A DNA stretch of 56,386 bases from Candidatus Bathyarchaeota archaeon (GTDB taxonomy: Archaea > Thermoproteota > Bathyarchaeia > Bathyarchaeales > Bathycorpusculaceae), in assembly GCA_963811105.1 (NCBI GenBank), contig CAWEPZ010000006.1, positions 1-56,386 of the forward strand, read 5' to 3'. The notes under the pieces are model-generated. The model saw only the letters and a program-made list of their open reading frames with translations. It did no database searches and was not told the origin of the DNA. A program made the position numbers and the translations under genes. Positions 10,437-21,501 of the stretch are shown here, piece after piece (position 1 is the first letter of the stretch; the number at the start of each line of letters is the position of its first letter).

Positions 10437-10817
10437 ATGTCAAAAATCGATAAGAGATTGCAACGGTTGGCGGAATCCGGAACTTGCTCTTGCGAGTCTG
10501 CATCAGAATATACTGATGAACTAAGAGAGTTGGCCGACAAAAACTTAAGTTTGGAAAACAGTGAAGCTAAAAGCAAAGTCTTCAAGGCTCTTTCTGACCC
10601 AATTAGGTTGAGAATTTTAGGTTTGCTTTCATCCCGTGAGATGTGTGTTTGTGAGGTCATGGTTGCTCTTGATTTGACTCAGCCTACTGCTTCTCATCAT
10701 TTGAGGATTCTTGAAAACGTCGCTTTAGTGAAAGATAGAAAAGAAGGAAAGTGGGTTTTCTATAGTATAGCTAAGCCTGACTTTTTTGAAGGCATGCGTA
10801 AACTTGAAATCTACTGA
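10437..10817 (+). CDS. ArsR/SmtB-family metalloregulator with N-terminal CSC
   Basis: FKALSDPIRLRI, EMCVCEV, QPTASHHL and GKWVFY. Confidence 0.9.
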   Translation: MSKIDKRLQRLAESGTCSCESASEYTDELRELADKNLSLENSEAKSKVFKALSDPIRLRILGLLSSREMCVCEVMVALDLTQPTASHHLRILENVALVKDRKEGKWVFYSIAKPDFFEGMRKLEIY

Positions 10818-10893
10818 TTTTTTTTAGAAGAATAATTGCTGGAACTGACTGATTATAACAATAGATTTAAATTCTTAAATATGACATCTGCTT

Positions 10894-11163
10894 TTGGCGA
10901 ATCCAATGAGTAATGAGAAAGTTATCCTGAACGCCTTAAAAACAGACTGCACGGGATGCAGCACATGTGCTGATTTTAAAGCAGACAACCTCACACACGC
11001 AATAGCTAGGTTAAACGGAGTAACAAAAGTTAAAGTTGACGAGATAACCGGTAAGACTACAATAGAATACGATACACAAAAAATCATTCTCTCCAAAATC
11101 ACTGAACGTTTTGAAAAACTCGGCTACAAAGTAGAAATAGTATCAAGAGAGGAAATTCAATGA
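10894..11163 (+). CDS. heavy-metal-associated (HMA) chaperone-like protein
   Basis: CTGCSTC metal motif, LNGVTKVKVD and IEYD...LGY; overlaps the ATPase start. Confidence 0.8.
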   Translation: MANPMSNEKVILNALKTDCTGCSTCADFKADNLTHAIARLNGVTKVKVDEITGKTTIEYDTQKIILSKITERFEKLGYKVEIVSREEIQ

Positions 11164-13085
11164 GAGAACAATTCAAGGGCGTTGTTTTAGTAATTTTACT
11201 TGGGCTCTTCGCTTTAGCAGGTGCCCTAATACCAGGAACTAAAATCGCTTATGCTCATGAAATTGGCATTGCCCTAACTTTAATCGCTGTTGCCTTAGGC
11301 TACCGTATCTATAGGCATGGCATTCGATCCCTGCTTCACAAGAACATTACAGCCCAATTATTCGCAACCATTGCCATCTTTATTTCAGTAATAGCAGGTT
11401 TACTCATTCCTTCAGCATCAGCCACTGGCACAGCAGAAGCAGTTGGTTACCTCACGGCAGCAGCCATAGTAGCTTTCATTATACTTGCCGGAATGACACT
11501 TGAAGACTACATCATTCATAGAACAAGAGGTGCCCTCGAAGCCCTCATAAAGATGAGCCCCAAAACAGCTCGCGTACGTCGCAACGGAGAAGAGGTTCAA
11601 GTGCCCATAGACGAGGTTAAGAAAGGCGAAATCGTCTTGGTCAAACCAGGCGATAACATACCGGTTGACGGAACCGTACTTTCTGGTCACAGCACCGTTA
11701 ACCAAGCAACTATAACGGGAGAATCAATTCCAATAGAAAAGACTGTAGGAGACCGCACATTTGCTGGCACACTCAACGAAAACGGGGCTTTAGAAATTAA
11801 AGTAGAAAAAGTCGCCGAGGACACTACACTTGCGCACCTCATTCAACTAGTCGAAGAAGCTCAAGAGAAAAAAGCACCCATACAGAATATTGCAGACCGA
11901 TTTACCACATACTTCTTGCCAATCATGACGATCGTGTCCTCTTCTGTCTTTGTAGCTAGTTATTTCACGCTTGGTTTTGAAGTTGCACTCGCTAGAACCG
12001 TAACTGTTCTCTTAGTCGCGTGCCCTTGTGCACTTTCAATAGCTGTTCCAGTCGCTGTAGCCGCTACAATTGGTAATGCTAGCATGAACGCCATAATAAT
12101 CAAGGGCGGCACCCACATTGAAAAGCTAAAGGACGTTACTCTTGTCGCATTTGACAAAACTGGCACACTAACCATCGGCGAACCCAGGGTTGTCGAAATC
12201 AAAACCTTCGGTAATTATTCTGAAGCGGACACAATCAAGTATGCAGCGATTGCTGAGAAATTCTCCGAACACCCTCTATCTAAAGCCATCATCGCGAAGG
12301 CAATTGAGATGAACTTGAAGATTCCTGACCCTACAGACTTTAAAACTATTCCAGGGCAAGGCGTGGACGCCCACTTTGGAAATAAACATATCCTGATTGG
12401 AAGAAAGTTGGTAGAAACGATGTTTTCAGAAGAAGCCAATCAATTGATGAGTCGGGTTGAAAGCGAGGGAAAAACAGCTATTCCTGTGGCAGTAGACAAA
12501 AATGTTATCGGTATAGTCGTTGCGGCTGACACAGTCAGGACGAATTCTTTGGAAGCTATTCAGAGGCTTAAGCGTTTAGGAATCAAAACTGCTATGTTAA
12601 CTGGAGACAATATGCTGACTGCCAAATCTATCGCTGAACAGATCGGAGTTGATGAGTATCATGCAGAGCTTTTACCTGAACAGAAAGTTGCTTATGTTGG
12701 AGAACTGAAAAAGGGAAACGTTGTCGCGATGGTTGGCGACGGTGTGAATGATGCTCCTGCATTGGCTAATTCGGATGTTGGGTTTGCGATGGGTGCAGCT
12801 GGCAGTGACGTAGCTATTGAAACTGCTGACGTAGCTCTGCTTGGAGACGACTTGACAAAGGTTGAATACGCCATTAGCCTAAGTCGAAAGGCATTTAACA
12901 GAATGAAGGGAAACATCGTTTACGCGTTTATCTGGAACATTGTCGCTTTGAGCTTAGCCGCTTTCGGCATCTTAAATCCTGTCTTAGCTGTTGTTCTTGC
13001 TGAAGCAGGATGTATTTCAGTGGTAATCAATTCTGCATTACTGTTGCTGAGTAAGCCAAAGCCACTAGCAAAGATTAAGGGATAA
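11160..13085 (+). CDS. P1B-type heavy-metal translocating ATPase
   Basis: TGES, CPC, DKTGTLT, SEHPL and GDGVNDAPAL. Confidence 0.92.
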   Translation: MREQFKGVVLVILLGLFALAGALIPGTKIAYAHEIGIALTLIAVALGYRIYRHGIRSLLHKNITAQLFATIAIFISVIAGLLIPSASATGTAEAVGYLTAAAIVAFIILAGMTLEDYIIHRTRGALEALIKMSPKTARVRRNGEEVQVPIDEVKKGEIVLVKPGDNIPVDGTVLSGHSTVNQATITGESIPIEKTVGDRTFAGTLNENGALEIKVEKVAEDTTLAHLIQLVEEAQEKKAPIQNIADRFTTYFLPIMTIVSSSVFVASYFTLGFEVALARTVTVLLVACPCALSIAVPVAVAATIGNASMNAIIIKGGTHIEKLKDVTLVAFDKTGTLTIGEPRVVEIKTFGNYSEADTIKYAAIAEKFSEHPLSKAIIAKAIEMNLKIPDPTDFKTIPGQGVDAHFGNKHILIGRKLVETMFSEEANQLMSRVESEGKTAIPVAVDKNVIGIVVAADTVRTNSLEAIQRLKRLGIKTAMLTGDNMLTAKSIAEQIGVDEYHAELLPEQKVAYVGELKKGNVVAMVGDGVNDAPALANSDVGFAMGAAGSDVAIETADVALLGDDLTKVEYAISLSRKAFNRMKGNIVYAFIWNIVALSLAAFGILNPVLAVVLAEAGCISVVINSALLLLSKPKPLAKIKG

Positions 13086-13106
13086 GTAACTTGTGAAGGT
13101 ATTTGT

Positions 13107-13873
13107 ATGAAGAATAAAGATGTGAAAAAGTCTGTTAGAAAAGCATATTCAAAAGTAGCGACCAATAGCAATTCTAGCTGCTGCTCCTGCGGTTGCGGAA
13201 GCGCCGATCAACAAACAATCAAGAAAATATCTAAAAAAGTAGGCTATTCAGAAGAGGAAATAAACGCTGTTCCAGAAGCAAATCTCGGATTAGGTTGTGG
13301 AAACCCAACAGCCTTTGGTAACATCAAAGAAGGCGACGTTGTCCTTGACTTTGGAAGTGGTGCTGGATTTGACTGCTTCTTAGCTTCAAAAAAAGCAGGT
13401 AAAACCGGAAAAATCATTGGAATTGACATGACGGAAGAGATGATAGCTAAGGCCAGAATCATTGCTAAAGATAATGGTTACTCAAACGTTGAATTTAGAC
13501 TTGGCGATATTGAGAAAATTCCAGTAGATGACAACTCAGTCAACGTTGTAATTAGCAATTGCGTGATAAACCTTGCACCAGACAAGTGGATAAAGCAAAA
13601 GTCTTCAAAGAATCCTACCGTGTCCTCAAAAGTGGAGGCAAAATGTACGTTTCCGACATTGTTCTCCTCGGGAAACTAACTGAAGAGCAGCTGAAAAACG
13701 AAGATCTGCTTACAGGTTGCGTTGCAGGCGCCTTACACAAAGATGAGTACTTAGCCAAGCTCAAGCAAGCAGGCTTTAGCGTTGACGTTATTTCAGAAGA
13801 CAAGGAAATAAGCAAGACGCAATACAACGAATTGCCTATTGAGAGCATAAAGATTGAGGCAACGAAGCCTTAA
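13107..13873 (+). pseudogene. arsM: arsenite methyltransferase, frameshifted near 13585
   Basis: [25 protein letters not shown] and [12 protein letters not shown], then [20 protein letters not shown] in another frame. Confidence 0.88.
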
Positions 13874-14115
13874 CTTTCTATTATTTTAAATGAAGTGCTT
13901 ATTGGCACTGCTTTTTTCAGCATTGTTCTACAGACAGTAGTTATTCTCGGCATCAGCAATTGCATTTTTCACAACAGCTTCGCTTACATTTTTGTCCTTA
14001 ATTATGTACTGACGTGTATGCCTGTGAAAGTTCTGGGCGGTTCCTCTTTTCTTTGACCATCAATTTCTACTGAATAATCCGATATTTTTTGTCCCTGCTC
14101 TTTAAGTAAATAATC
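13870..14115 (-). pseudogene. OsmC/YhfA-family C-terminal relic
   Basis: Reverse strand reads EQGQKISDYSVEIDGQRKEEPPRTFTGIHV/YIIKDKNVSEAVVKNAIADAENNYC/SV.TMLKKAVPISTSFKII, with frameshifts; N-terminus absent. Confidence 0.65.
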
Positions 14116-14204
14116 GAAAAGCATACAAATCAGAAACGATTAAAGTTGAAACTGTTCAAGCACCATTAACCTTTTTTACTATAGAGCGGTTTTCTTTAAG
14201 CTTC

Positions 14205-16308
14205 ATGGATGTGGATGCGTTAACAAACTTTGACGTTAGACAATGCCATAAATGGGCGCAACTGCTACTTACCAGACACCAAAAGCTAAAGCAATCCCAA
14301 GACGCCATAGAAAAACAAGACTTTGATTCCGCAAAACGGCTGTTCAATCAAATCTTCACAGGAACAACGGTCGGCAAACAAGCTGACCCAGGCATGGCTG
14401 GCTCACTCTTGTACCACATGGCAATGGTAACAAAGATGGAGTCTGAAACCCGCGTAATTCTCGACGAACTAAACGCAGAGATGCCCGACATATCAGCACA
14501 TTTAAACGAGATTTATGGCGATTTCGAATCTGACGCTAAAGAATTAGCCAAAGAAATAGGTCCGCTGCAGCTGGCTTTCAAAGATATCCCTCAAAGTCCA
14601 CGGTTGGGAACAGAAGCAAAAATAGCCCTCTTTACCAAGTTAAAGCAGGAAAACAAGAAAGTCGAAACCCTACTAAACAACCTTAATCCCCAAGCAGACC
14701 AAGCATTCGCAGAATTGTTCGGTGAATGGGCAGAACAGGTTATACGGATACGGCTCAATACAAGAGTACGAAACAATCAAAGGCTTACTCGTAACAGCGG
14801 CACTCGCAAAGACTGTTGGTATACCAACGCTTGAGAATGCAATGGCTCGAGTGCAGGATAAGTTCGGTCAGAGATACAGTTAACATTGCACTAGAAGTGA
14901 CACTTGAAGGTAGGCATGCGAAGAGAAAAACTACAATCAATCATGCTAAGCGATCACTTCATCAACTACACCATGGACATAGAAAAGCTGGATGGGCATA
15001 TGGAGTTTTTGAACTGCCCGATCTTTGGAGGCCACAAGTACGCAGCTGAAAAATACGGTGTGGATGATAAGGTTTCAGCTCTGTTTTGTAGGCATTTCTG
15101 TTTTGCTCACGCCAAAGCCATGCTAGATACGGTTCTGCCCTTTCGTTTACGTTGTGGCATCCTAAACTAATGGCCTCTGATGGCAACTGCGAATTCTATC
15201 TCAAACTAGCATATTCACCAGAAGCCCAAACATCTGAACGGTTTGTTCCACTAGTAATGTATTGGAACGTTACTCGCGAATGCAACATGAAATGCAGCTA
15301 TTGCTACATTAACGCAACAGAAAAAAAGCTTGATAATGAATTGACCACTGAAGAAGCAAAAAAGCTCATGGATCAAATATGCCAGGTTAGCAAGCCATTG
15401 CTTATCCTTAGCGGTGGTGAACCTCTGCTGCGACCAGATATTTTTGAGCTGATTGAGTATGGCTCGTCTAAAGGTTTGAAGATGGGTCTAGGAAGTAACG
15501 GCAGCCTCATCGACGATGATGTCGCGGTAAAAACTTAAAGACGGCGGGTATATCAACGGTTTCAATCAGTTTAGACTCAAATATTGCAGCGCAGCACGAC
15601 GAGTTCAGGGGCGTAGTTGGTGCATGGGAAAAAGCAGTCAACGCATGCATAGCTCTGAGAAATAGCAATGTGCTCGTACAAGTAAACACTACCTTAACTC
15701 AGCAAAACTACAACCAAATAGACGATATCATGTCACTGGCTGAGGGCATAGGTGTAGAAAACTTTCATCTTTTCTTCCTTGTTCCAACAGGTAGCGGAAC
15801 TAAACTAACTGATATTTCACCACAAAAATACGAAGACATGATTACTAACACATTCGCAAAAGTTGCAAAACAAAGTTGAACGTAAGACTATCTTGCGCGC
15901 CACAGTTCATGCGAATCGCTAAAGGCATGGGCTTAGACATGAGACAGTGGATTCGTGGCTGCATGGCAGGATTATACTATTGCAGCATTTACCCAAACGG
16001 AGACGTAACACCATGCCCCTATCTGCCAATAAAACTTGGGAACATTAGAGAAAAAAGCTTTAAAGAAATCTGGTTAAACTCACCAATATTCAAAGCTCTA
16101 CGGGACCCGAACTCTTTGAAGGGCAAATGTGGCGCATGCGAATACCGCACTTTATGTGGGGGTTGCAGAGCACGCGCTTATGGACTTTCAAGCGACTTCA
16201 TCGACTTACTGCGGTGACCTTCATGAACCAATAGAGATAAGAAGAGATTATTTAACAGAAGACCCCTGGTGTGTCTATCAACCAAAAACACGATTAAGTA
16301 ATAGATGA
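14205..16308 (+). pseudogene. radical SAM/SPASM protein (AhbC/D, PqqE-like) fused to an N-terminal helical and Cys-bearing domain; many frameshifts
   Basis: WNVTRECNMKCSYCY, LSGGEPLLRPD, GCMAG..YCSIYPNGDVTPCP, GKCGACEY..CGGCRARAY and EDPWC; fragments abut through about eight 1-nt shifts. Confidence 0.8.
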
Positions 16309-16718
16309 CTTTCAAAAAATTCAACAGGAAATTAAAGCAGCTTTGGCAGAACGCAAACACAGCGTTTCAGTGACTGTGGACAGCCAAAACATATGCAAAC
16401 TGATAGAAAGCAGCAAAAATAATGTTCAGCAGAACAGTCATCCAACACTAGACAGTTTTGTCTATTTTATGGGGGGATACTATGGACTTAGACTTATTCT
16501 TTAGAAGAAAATGAATGTTAAAATTCACTATGTAAATTCATTAAACGCTAAAAGGAAATGAATCCTAATTGACTTCTATACGGACTTAAAGACATATACA
16601 GGATTCAGACCATACTATGTATGCATGGATTCAGATAAGACAGGTAATATAATCAATAATCAATATAGGGTATAGTCTAAAACGAGTATATGGTATAAAT
16701 TGAAAGATTTCAAATGCA

Positions 16719-16949
16719 TTGAAGGTGTCGAGAATGAGTTTGCTGAAGAATGCCCTACAACGGATACGGCGTGGGGTTCAAAAAATGGATTTTTATAAAA
16801 ATAAGCATGAAGATTGTGCTAACTTTGATAATGGAACTTGCAGGTTTTTTCATTTTACTAATGTGGACCCTAAAGGGTCAGCTTGTCCGCATTTCAGAGT
16901 TAAAAAGAAAACAGAAGTTGAAATCACTGATGCAGCTGGGACAACCTAA
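16719..16949 (+). CDS. small Cys-rich hypothetical protein (probable start MDFYKNK)
   Basis: HEDCANF..GTCRFF..ACPHF. Confidence 0.5.
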   Translation: MKVSRMSLLKNALQRIRRGVQKMDFYKNKHEDCANFDNGTCRFFHFTNVDPKGSACPHFRVKKKTEVEITDAAGTT

Positions 16950-16983
16950 CCTCTTTTCGGCTGGGTTTGGGATTAAAATTTAA

Positions 16984-17140
16984 TCTTCTTCTCTCTCTTA
17001 ACTCTCTTTACTCTTACTATACTGCTATACACTTCTATACTATATCCCCTTAACCACACCCTCAACACAACACGACACAACAATACAACAAATTGATATG
17101 TCAGTCAGTCAGTCACTGTCAGTCAATCTGTCTCTCCTAT
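16984..17140. repeat. strand-asymmetric low-complexity tract ending in GTCA repeats
   Basis: CT-rich, then TATAC-type, then CAA/CAC, then GTCAGTCAGTCAGTCACTGTCAGTCA. Confidence 0.7.
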
Positions 17141-17271
17141 AGGTTCAAATTATATCTTGTGTAACTAAAAAAAGACTCATTACTTCTGATGTGTTTTCTA
17201 AATGTGCCAACAAAGATTAAAATGCACCTCAAAGCTATTAGTTAACAGGTTTTTTTGGAGAAGAATTAGAA

Positions 17272-17373
17272 ATGAGAAATAAACATTTGTTTGTATTGCC
17301 ATTGGTTTTTGCGATTGTATGCGTGATGATAATTCCGTTCGCTTCAGCTAAAACTGTTGCAGTAACAGCTTAA
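17272..17373 (+). pseudogene. orphan signal-peptide stub
   Basis: GGAG RBS, then MRNKHLFVLPLVFAIVCVMIIPFASAKTVAVTA*. Confidence 0.45.
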
Positions 17374-17430
17374 ACTAACAGCTTTTACAATTAATTTTTT
17401 ACTTGTTGCTTATCACGAATATTTCATAAC

Positions 17431-18792
17431 CTATACTTTTTGCCTCCGTTGCCTGACAACGAATAATGCGATAGCTAACACGATAGGGATTAAAACCGCT
17501 AAGATCATAATTTCTATGGGCAGTCTTGTTACTGGGCTGGGAGAGTTAGCAGGATTTGCTATTAATGGAAAGCGGTCTTGATTTTGTATGTCTACAATGT
17601 ATGGTGTGTCACCAACCCCATCATTATTTGCGTCTGTGCCGTTGTAGTTACTCCAGTAGTTTCCTCTTTGGCCGTTGTCCCAGGCATGTGGCGGTTCGTT
17701 TAATGGATAATCCTTACATAGGCAGCCGTTTATTTGTTTATTATTATGATCAAAGCCGTTGCCGCTAATTATGATATCGGTTGGTATGTCTGAGGGGTTG
17801 TTGAAGCCGAAAAAGAGTCCTTGCTTGTTATTTGCAATATAATTGTCGGTGACGGTGGTGTTTGCACCAGAAAGCACGATGCCTACGATATTCTCTGAGA
17901 TAGCATTTTTAGTAATAGTGTTATTGTTGGTCCACATGTACATGCCGACGCTAAAGTTTTGGATGTTTAAGTTTTTGATGGTGACTCCTTCAACGTTTTC
18001 TTGAGCCAAATCTATTCCAATAGTGTATTGCGCTAAAGCACCTTGGGGTAGCTGGTCTGATCCTTCCCCGATCACCCATACATCGGCTTGTGTCCCATTA
18101 TAAGGTCCATGAAGAGTGAAACCGGCTCCGTCAAGGATAATGTTGCTTTTTTGGATTTTTATGGTTGCATAAGTGCTTTCAGAAAAAGTGTAGATTTCGC
18201 CGTTGCGAAGTATTGATGCTGTTGGAGGGGAGATAGTGCCGTCAGGATGGATAACTATTGTCTGAACAACTCCTGGATTTACGCTTTGAGAAGTAGAGGT
18301 TGGTTTTAGTGTTACATGAAAGTTTGCTTCTCCGCCGGGTGGAATAACAAAGAACACTGTATAGCTTTGCTGAGTAGATTTGCCAAAGGTTTCAATGTAA
18401 GGAATCTTGACACGTATTTGAAAATCTGCGCTTCGAATGTCACTTATGATTGGATACAGATCCTCTGCTTTGCAGATATGGTTGGTTCCACCATCCCAGT
18501 ATCCATCATAAATGTAAACGTCAGTATAGCCATTGGCTCCGCCAGGCATCTTAGTTGCGTTAATTAGTAGTTGCGAATATTCATTAGCCCCAATTGTAAA
18601 TGGTATATAAACTGTTGGCACGGAACTGTTGAGAAATCTAAGGCAGTCACTTGTTCCGCTTACTGTGAAATTTAGTTGTCCCGTGGGTTTCTGAGACGCC
18701 TGGGCTGGTGCAATTAAATAAGAAGCAGCGGTAGCAACAATAATTACTAAAACCGCAATAGTAATGAATGAACCTGCAACCTTTTTATTCAT
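17431..18792 (-). CDS. secreted, C-terminally anchored NosD/parallel beta-helix protein
   Basis: Signal peptide, NIILDGAG, Asn-rich helix repeats, GNYWSNYNGTDANNDGVGDTPY and a C-terminal TM. Confidence 0.85.
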   Translation of the reverse strand: MNKKVAGSFITIAVLVIIVATAASYLIAPAQASQKPTGQLNFTVSGTSDCLRFLNSSVPTVYIPFTIGANEYSQLLINATKMPGGANGYTDVYIYDGYWDGGTNHICKAEDLYPIISDIRSADFQIRVKIPYIETFGKSTQQSYTVFFVIPPGGEANFHVTLKPTSTSQSVNPGVVQTIVIHPDGTISPPTASILRNGEIYTFSESTYATIKIQKSNIILDGAGFTLHGPYNGTQADVWVIGEGSDQLPQGALAQYTIGIDLAQENVEGVTIKNLNIQNFSVGMYMWTNNNTITKNAISENIVGIVLSGANTTVTDNYIANNKQGLFFGFNNPSDIPTDIIISGNGFDHNNKQINGCLCKDYPLNEPPHAWDNGQRGNYWSNYNGTDANNDGVGDTPYIVDIQNQDRFPLIANPANSPSPVTRLPIEIMILAVLIPIVLAIALFVVRQRRQKV

Positions 18793-19071
18793 ATTAAATT
18801 CCCAATTAGCTCTCTTACGCTACTATTCTAGTATGTCTACCGTTTTACCTGTAGGCAATATTAGTGTTTTTTGGAAAATACGTGTTCTATTTAGTCTCTT
18901 CAGTTTATGTCAGCATCCGCTTGGCTAAGGTGTGTGAATTATCAATTCTGATTATTATCGATTAATAAAGCCTCAAAATGCAATTCAACGTATTCGCTTC
19001 TTGATCTTTTCTGCCATGTGGTTCTTGGTATTTTTTTGCAATATTCTATTTGAAATGGCGATACTTACGCC

Positions 19072-19317
19072 TTATTCTTCAATCATTATCAATGTCAGTG
19101 TTGATTGCACCTGCTTGGATGTTCGTATTTTGTGTGTTACAAGGTCCTTTAACTCGTCCATGGTGTCTGCTTTGACTCGCACCAAAAGATCATAAACACC
19201 GTAGGTAACATAGGATTCCTCCACACCGTTAATGCTCTTTAGCTGTTTTAGTGCTTGTTCTTCTCCACCTGGCTCCACATTAACTAGAATAAAAGCACGC
19301 GACATAATTATCTCCAC
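19072..19317 (-). CDS. Lrp/AsnC ligand-binding-domain protein
   Basis: AFILVNVEPG, YVTYGVYDLLVRV and STLTLI. Confidence 0.88.
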   Translation of the reverse strand: MEIIMSRAFILVNVEPGGEEQALKQLKSINGVEESYVTYGVYDLLVRVKADTMDELKDLVTHKIRTSKQVQSTLTLIMIEE

Positions 19318-19449
19318 ATAAAAGTAACTGCCACTTTATAATTAACCTGTATGCCAATAGCAGACACACCATTGTTCGAGACACTGCTTCGACTCGGCAA
19401 AACAGCAACGCTAATTACTTTGGTCGATTAATTCTGGACTGCGATCTTT

Positions 19450-19761
19450 ATGAAAGTAACAAAGGTTGAAAGCATTTCCGCATTTCAGAATGCTCACGGC
19501 GTTGAAGCCAAGAAACTCTACACTACAAAAAACGCTGAAGTAATTTTTATGAATCTCAAACCAGGTCAATCGTTAAAGAAGCATACCACTCCAGTCGACG
19601 TTTTTTTCTACATTCTTGAAGGTAAAGGCGAGGTTGAAATTGGGGAAGAAACAACAAAAGTAGAAAAAGACACGCTCATAGAAAGTGCCAAGGATATACC
19701 ACATTTACTGCATAACACTGGAACAAGCGTATTCAGATTTCTTGTGGTCAAGATCTCATAG
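19450..19761 (+). CDS. cupin-domain protein
   Basis: LKPGQSLKKHTTPVDVFFYILEGKG...IPH. Confidence 0.88.
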   Translation: MKVTKVESISAFQNAHGVEAKKLYTTKNAEVIFMNLKPGQSLKKHTTPVDVFFYILEGKGEVEIGEETTKVEKDTLIESAKDIPHLLHNTGTSVFRFLVVKIS

Positions 19762-19809
19762 CTTTGGAAGAGCAAATAAAATCCAACTTTGTGAGCTACC
19801 ATTAAAGCC

Positions 19810-20224
19810 ATTTTCGGATTGATGCCGAAGGATCAGCCATTGTGGACGCTGTTCCTGGAAGTTTTGAGCTCGTTACAGTTGAGGCGCCTGCAGATCCCTT
19901 AGGTGTCCCTTTAGAGGCATCGAAAGAATTGAAAAAGAGAGCGTCCAAAAAATCAGAGTCTTAGTAGGCATCCCAAGCCTTAATCATAAAGACCGCTACC
20001 ACGACTATTTGCTGTCGACTCTAGCGTATATGGAGGCTGCTTTCCAAGGTGTAAACTACGAGGTTTTTGTATCTCCGCCTTCAACAAAACTTTCTTGGGC
20101 AGGCCTTGTGGAGTGTCAAAATCTTATTGTAGAAAAGTTTCTCTCCGGAGACTAAAGCCATTTGTGGCTTGTAGAGGTAGATGTCCAGGTCCCGCCTGGT
20201 TCTTTCCAGAAGCTGTTTGGCTTA
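19810..20224 (+). pseudogene. N-terminal half of a GT-A-type glycosyltransferase-like relic
   Basis: RVLVGIPSL...QNLIVEKFLSGD*SHLWLVEVDVQVPPGSFQKLFGL; the frame breaks at 20224. Confidence 0.6.
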
Positions 20225-20283
20225 AAATAACGAGAGGAATTGTTTGAAAATCAATAAAGCAAAACGCTGCTAATTCTACGAAT

Positions 20284-21501
20284 TTATTGTTGTTCCAACC
20301 AGTTTCTGGAATTCATCACTGTTTTTCCTGCAAACTTTAATGTTAGTGCCCCTTCATAGGGACACTCTTCAACGCACCGTGCACAAAGGATACATCTAGA
20401 TTCAGTTACATCGCCGCCTTTCTTCTCATACACATCTGTAGCTTGAGTTGGACAAACACGTTTACAAATACCACACTTAGTGCATTTTAGCTCGTTTTTC
20501 TTTAATTTTGTCAATGCCATTTTTTTGAAGGGCATAAAGGTGCTAAATAAGGAAATTAATCCGCCAAGTGGGCAAATTCTGCACCATACACGTCTATATG
20601 CAAAAGCTAAAACCGTGACAACCGCTAAGATGGCTAAATTTATCGAAGTAATATAGAAGCCAACTATCCAAAAGGGCGATTCAGAGGCTATTTCAGAAAC
20701 ATATGAAAACCTCATCAGCCCTAAAGCGCTTTCACCTAATATGCAAAGAGGCCTCATTGGACAAACTAAACAGAAAGGCTCATTGAGTGCACCGCTGATG
20801 CCTGATTGCCCCGTGGGTCCAGCTGGTGTGGTGTCTTGAATAAGTTGTGTTCCAAAAATAGCGTATGAAGAAAAAATGGCACTAAGAAGTAAAGCAACCG
20901 CAAGGATAAGATACCGTGACTGAGAAATCGCAGTATTTGTTTTTTTGGAAAATTGTAAGTGCCGCAACCGTGAAACTTTGCGTAGCCGGGTTAACAAGTC
21001 CATGTAAAGACCAAGGGGGCATATCCAACCGCAAAACGCCTTTCCAAAAATCATGGAGGCAATCACTAGCAAAGCGATAACTATGCCTATTTTTTCCAAA
21101 CCAGAAGTTGAATATATGGCGGCGTACCCATTCGAATAATTCCAGTATGGAAAAATATAAGCTTGAAGTTGCCACAGACCGCAAGTAACTGTCCGTCCAT
21201 TAGAGTAATAGCATGCTAAAAAAGGAACAGAAAAACCGTCTGGAAACTGGTTTCCCAAAAAGTTCGCTCCAACTAGCAGGCTTCGAGGTGAAATTCCCAT
21301 GGGACGCCATAACGGTGTATCGAAAGGACCCAATACAAGCCCCATAAAAATTGCAAAGACAGCAGCTATTTGAACGAAAAGTCTCAATGAGCTAACTTTG
21401 CGGGTTTTGTCTTTGGTCACCTTAAGTATAAGGCAGATTCCAATCACTATAATGGCGACGAATATGGGCAATACGATGTTACTGGGGAGTTCCCACGTCA
21501 T
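20284..21501 (-). CDS. membrane 4Fe-4S binding protein (NapH/MauN-like polyferredoxin)
   Basis: FCGWICPLG, FCLVCP, WCRICPLG, CTKCGICKRVCP and CILCARCVEECP. Confidence 0.88.
   Translation of the reverse strand: MTWELPSNIVLPIFVAIIVIGICLILKVTKDKTRKVSSLRLFVQIAAVFAIFMGLVLGPFDTPLWRPMGISPRSLLVGANFLGNQFPDGFSVPFLACYYSNGRTVTCGLWQLQAYIFPYWNYSNGYAAIYSTSGLEKIGIVIALLVIASMIFGKAFCGWICPLGLYMDLLTRLRKVSRLRHLQFSKKTNTAISQSRYLILAVALLLSAIFSSYAIFGTQLIQDTTPAGPTGQSGISGALNEPFCLVCPMRPLCILGESALGLMRFSYVSEIASESPFWIVGFYITSINLAILAVVTVLAFAYRRVWCRICPLGGLISLFSTFMPFKKMALTKLKKNELKCTKCGICKRVCPTQATDVYEKKGGDVTESRCILCARCVEECPYEGALTLKFAGKTVMNSRNWLEQQ

Noticed and set aside
16699-16713. ATTGAAAG CRISPR-repeat-like end
   Set aside because: Single occurrence, no array
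19056-19065. Inverted AGTATCGCCA matching the integrase arm-like repeat
   Set aside because: Single 10-bp match, plausible by chance, with no att core nearby
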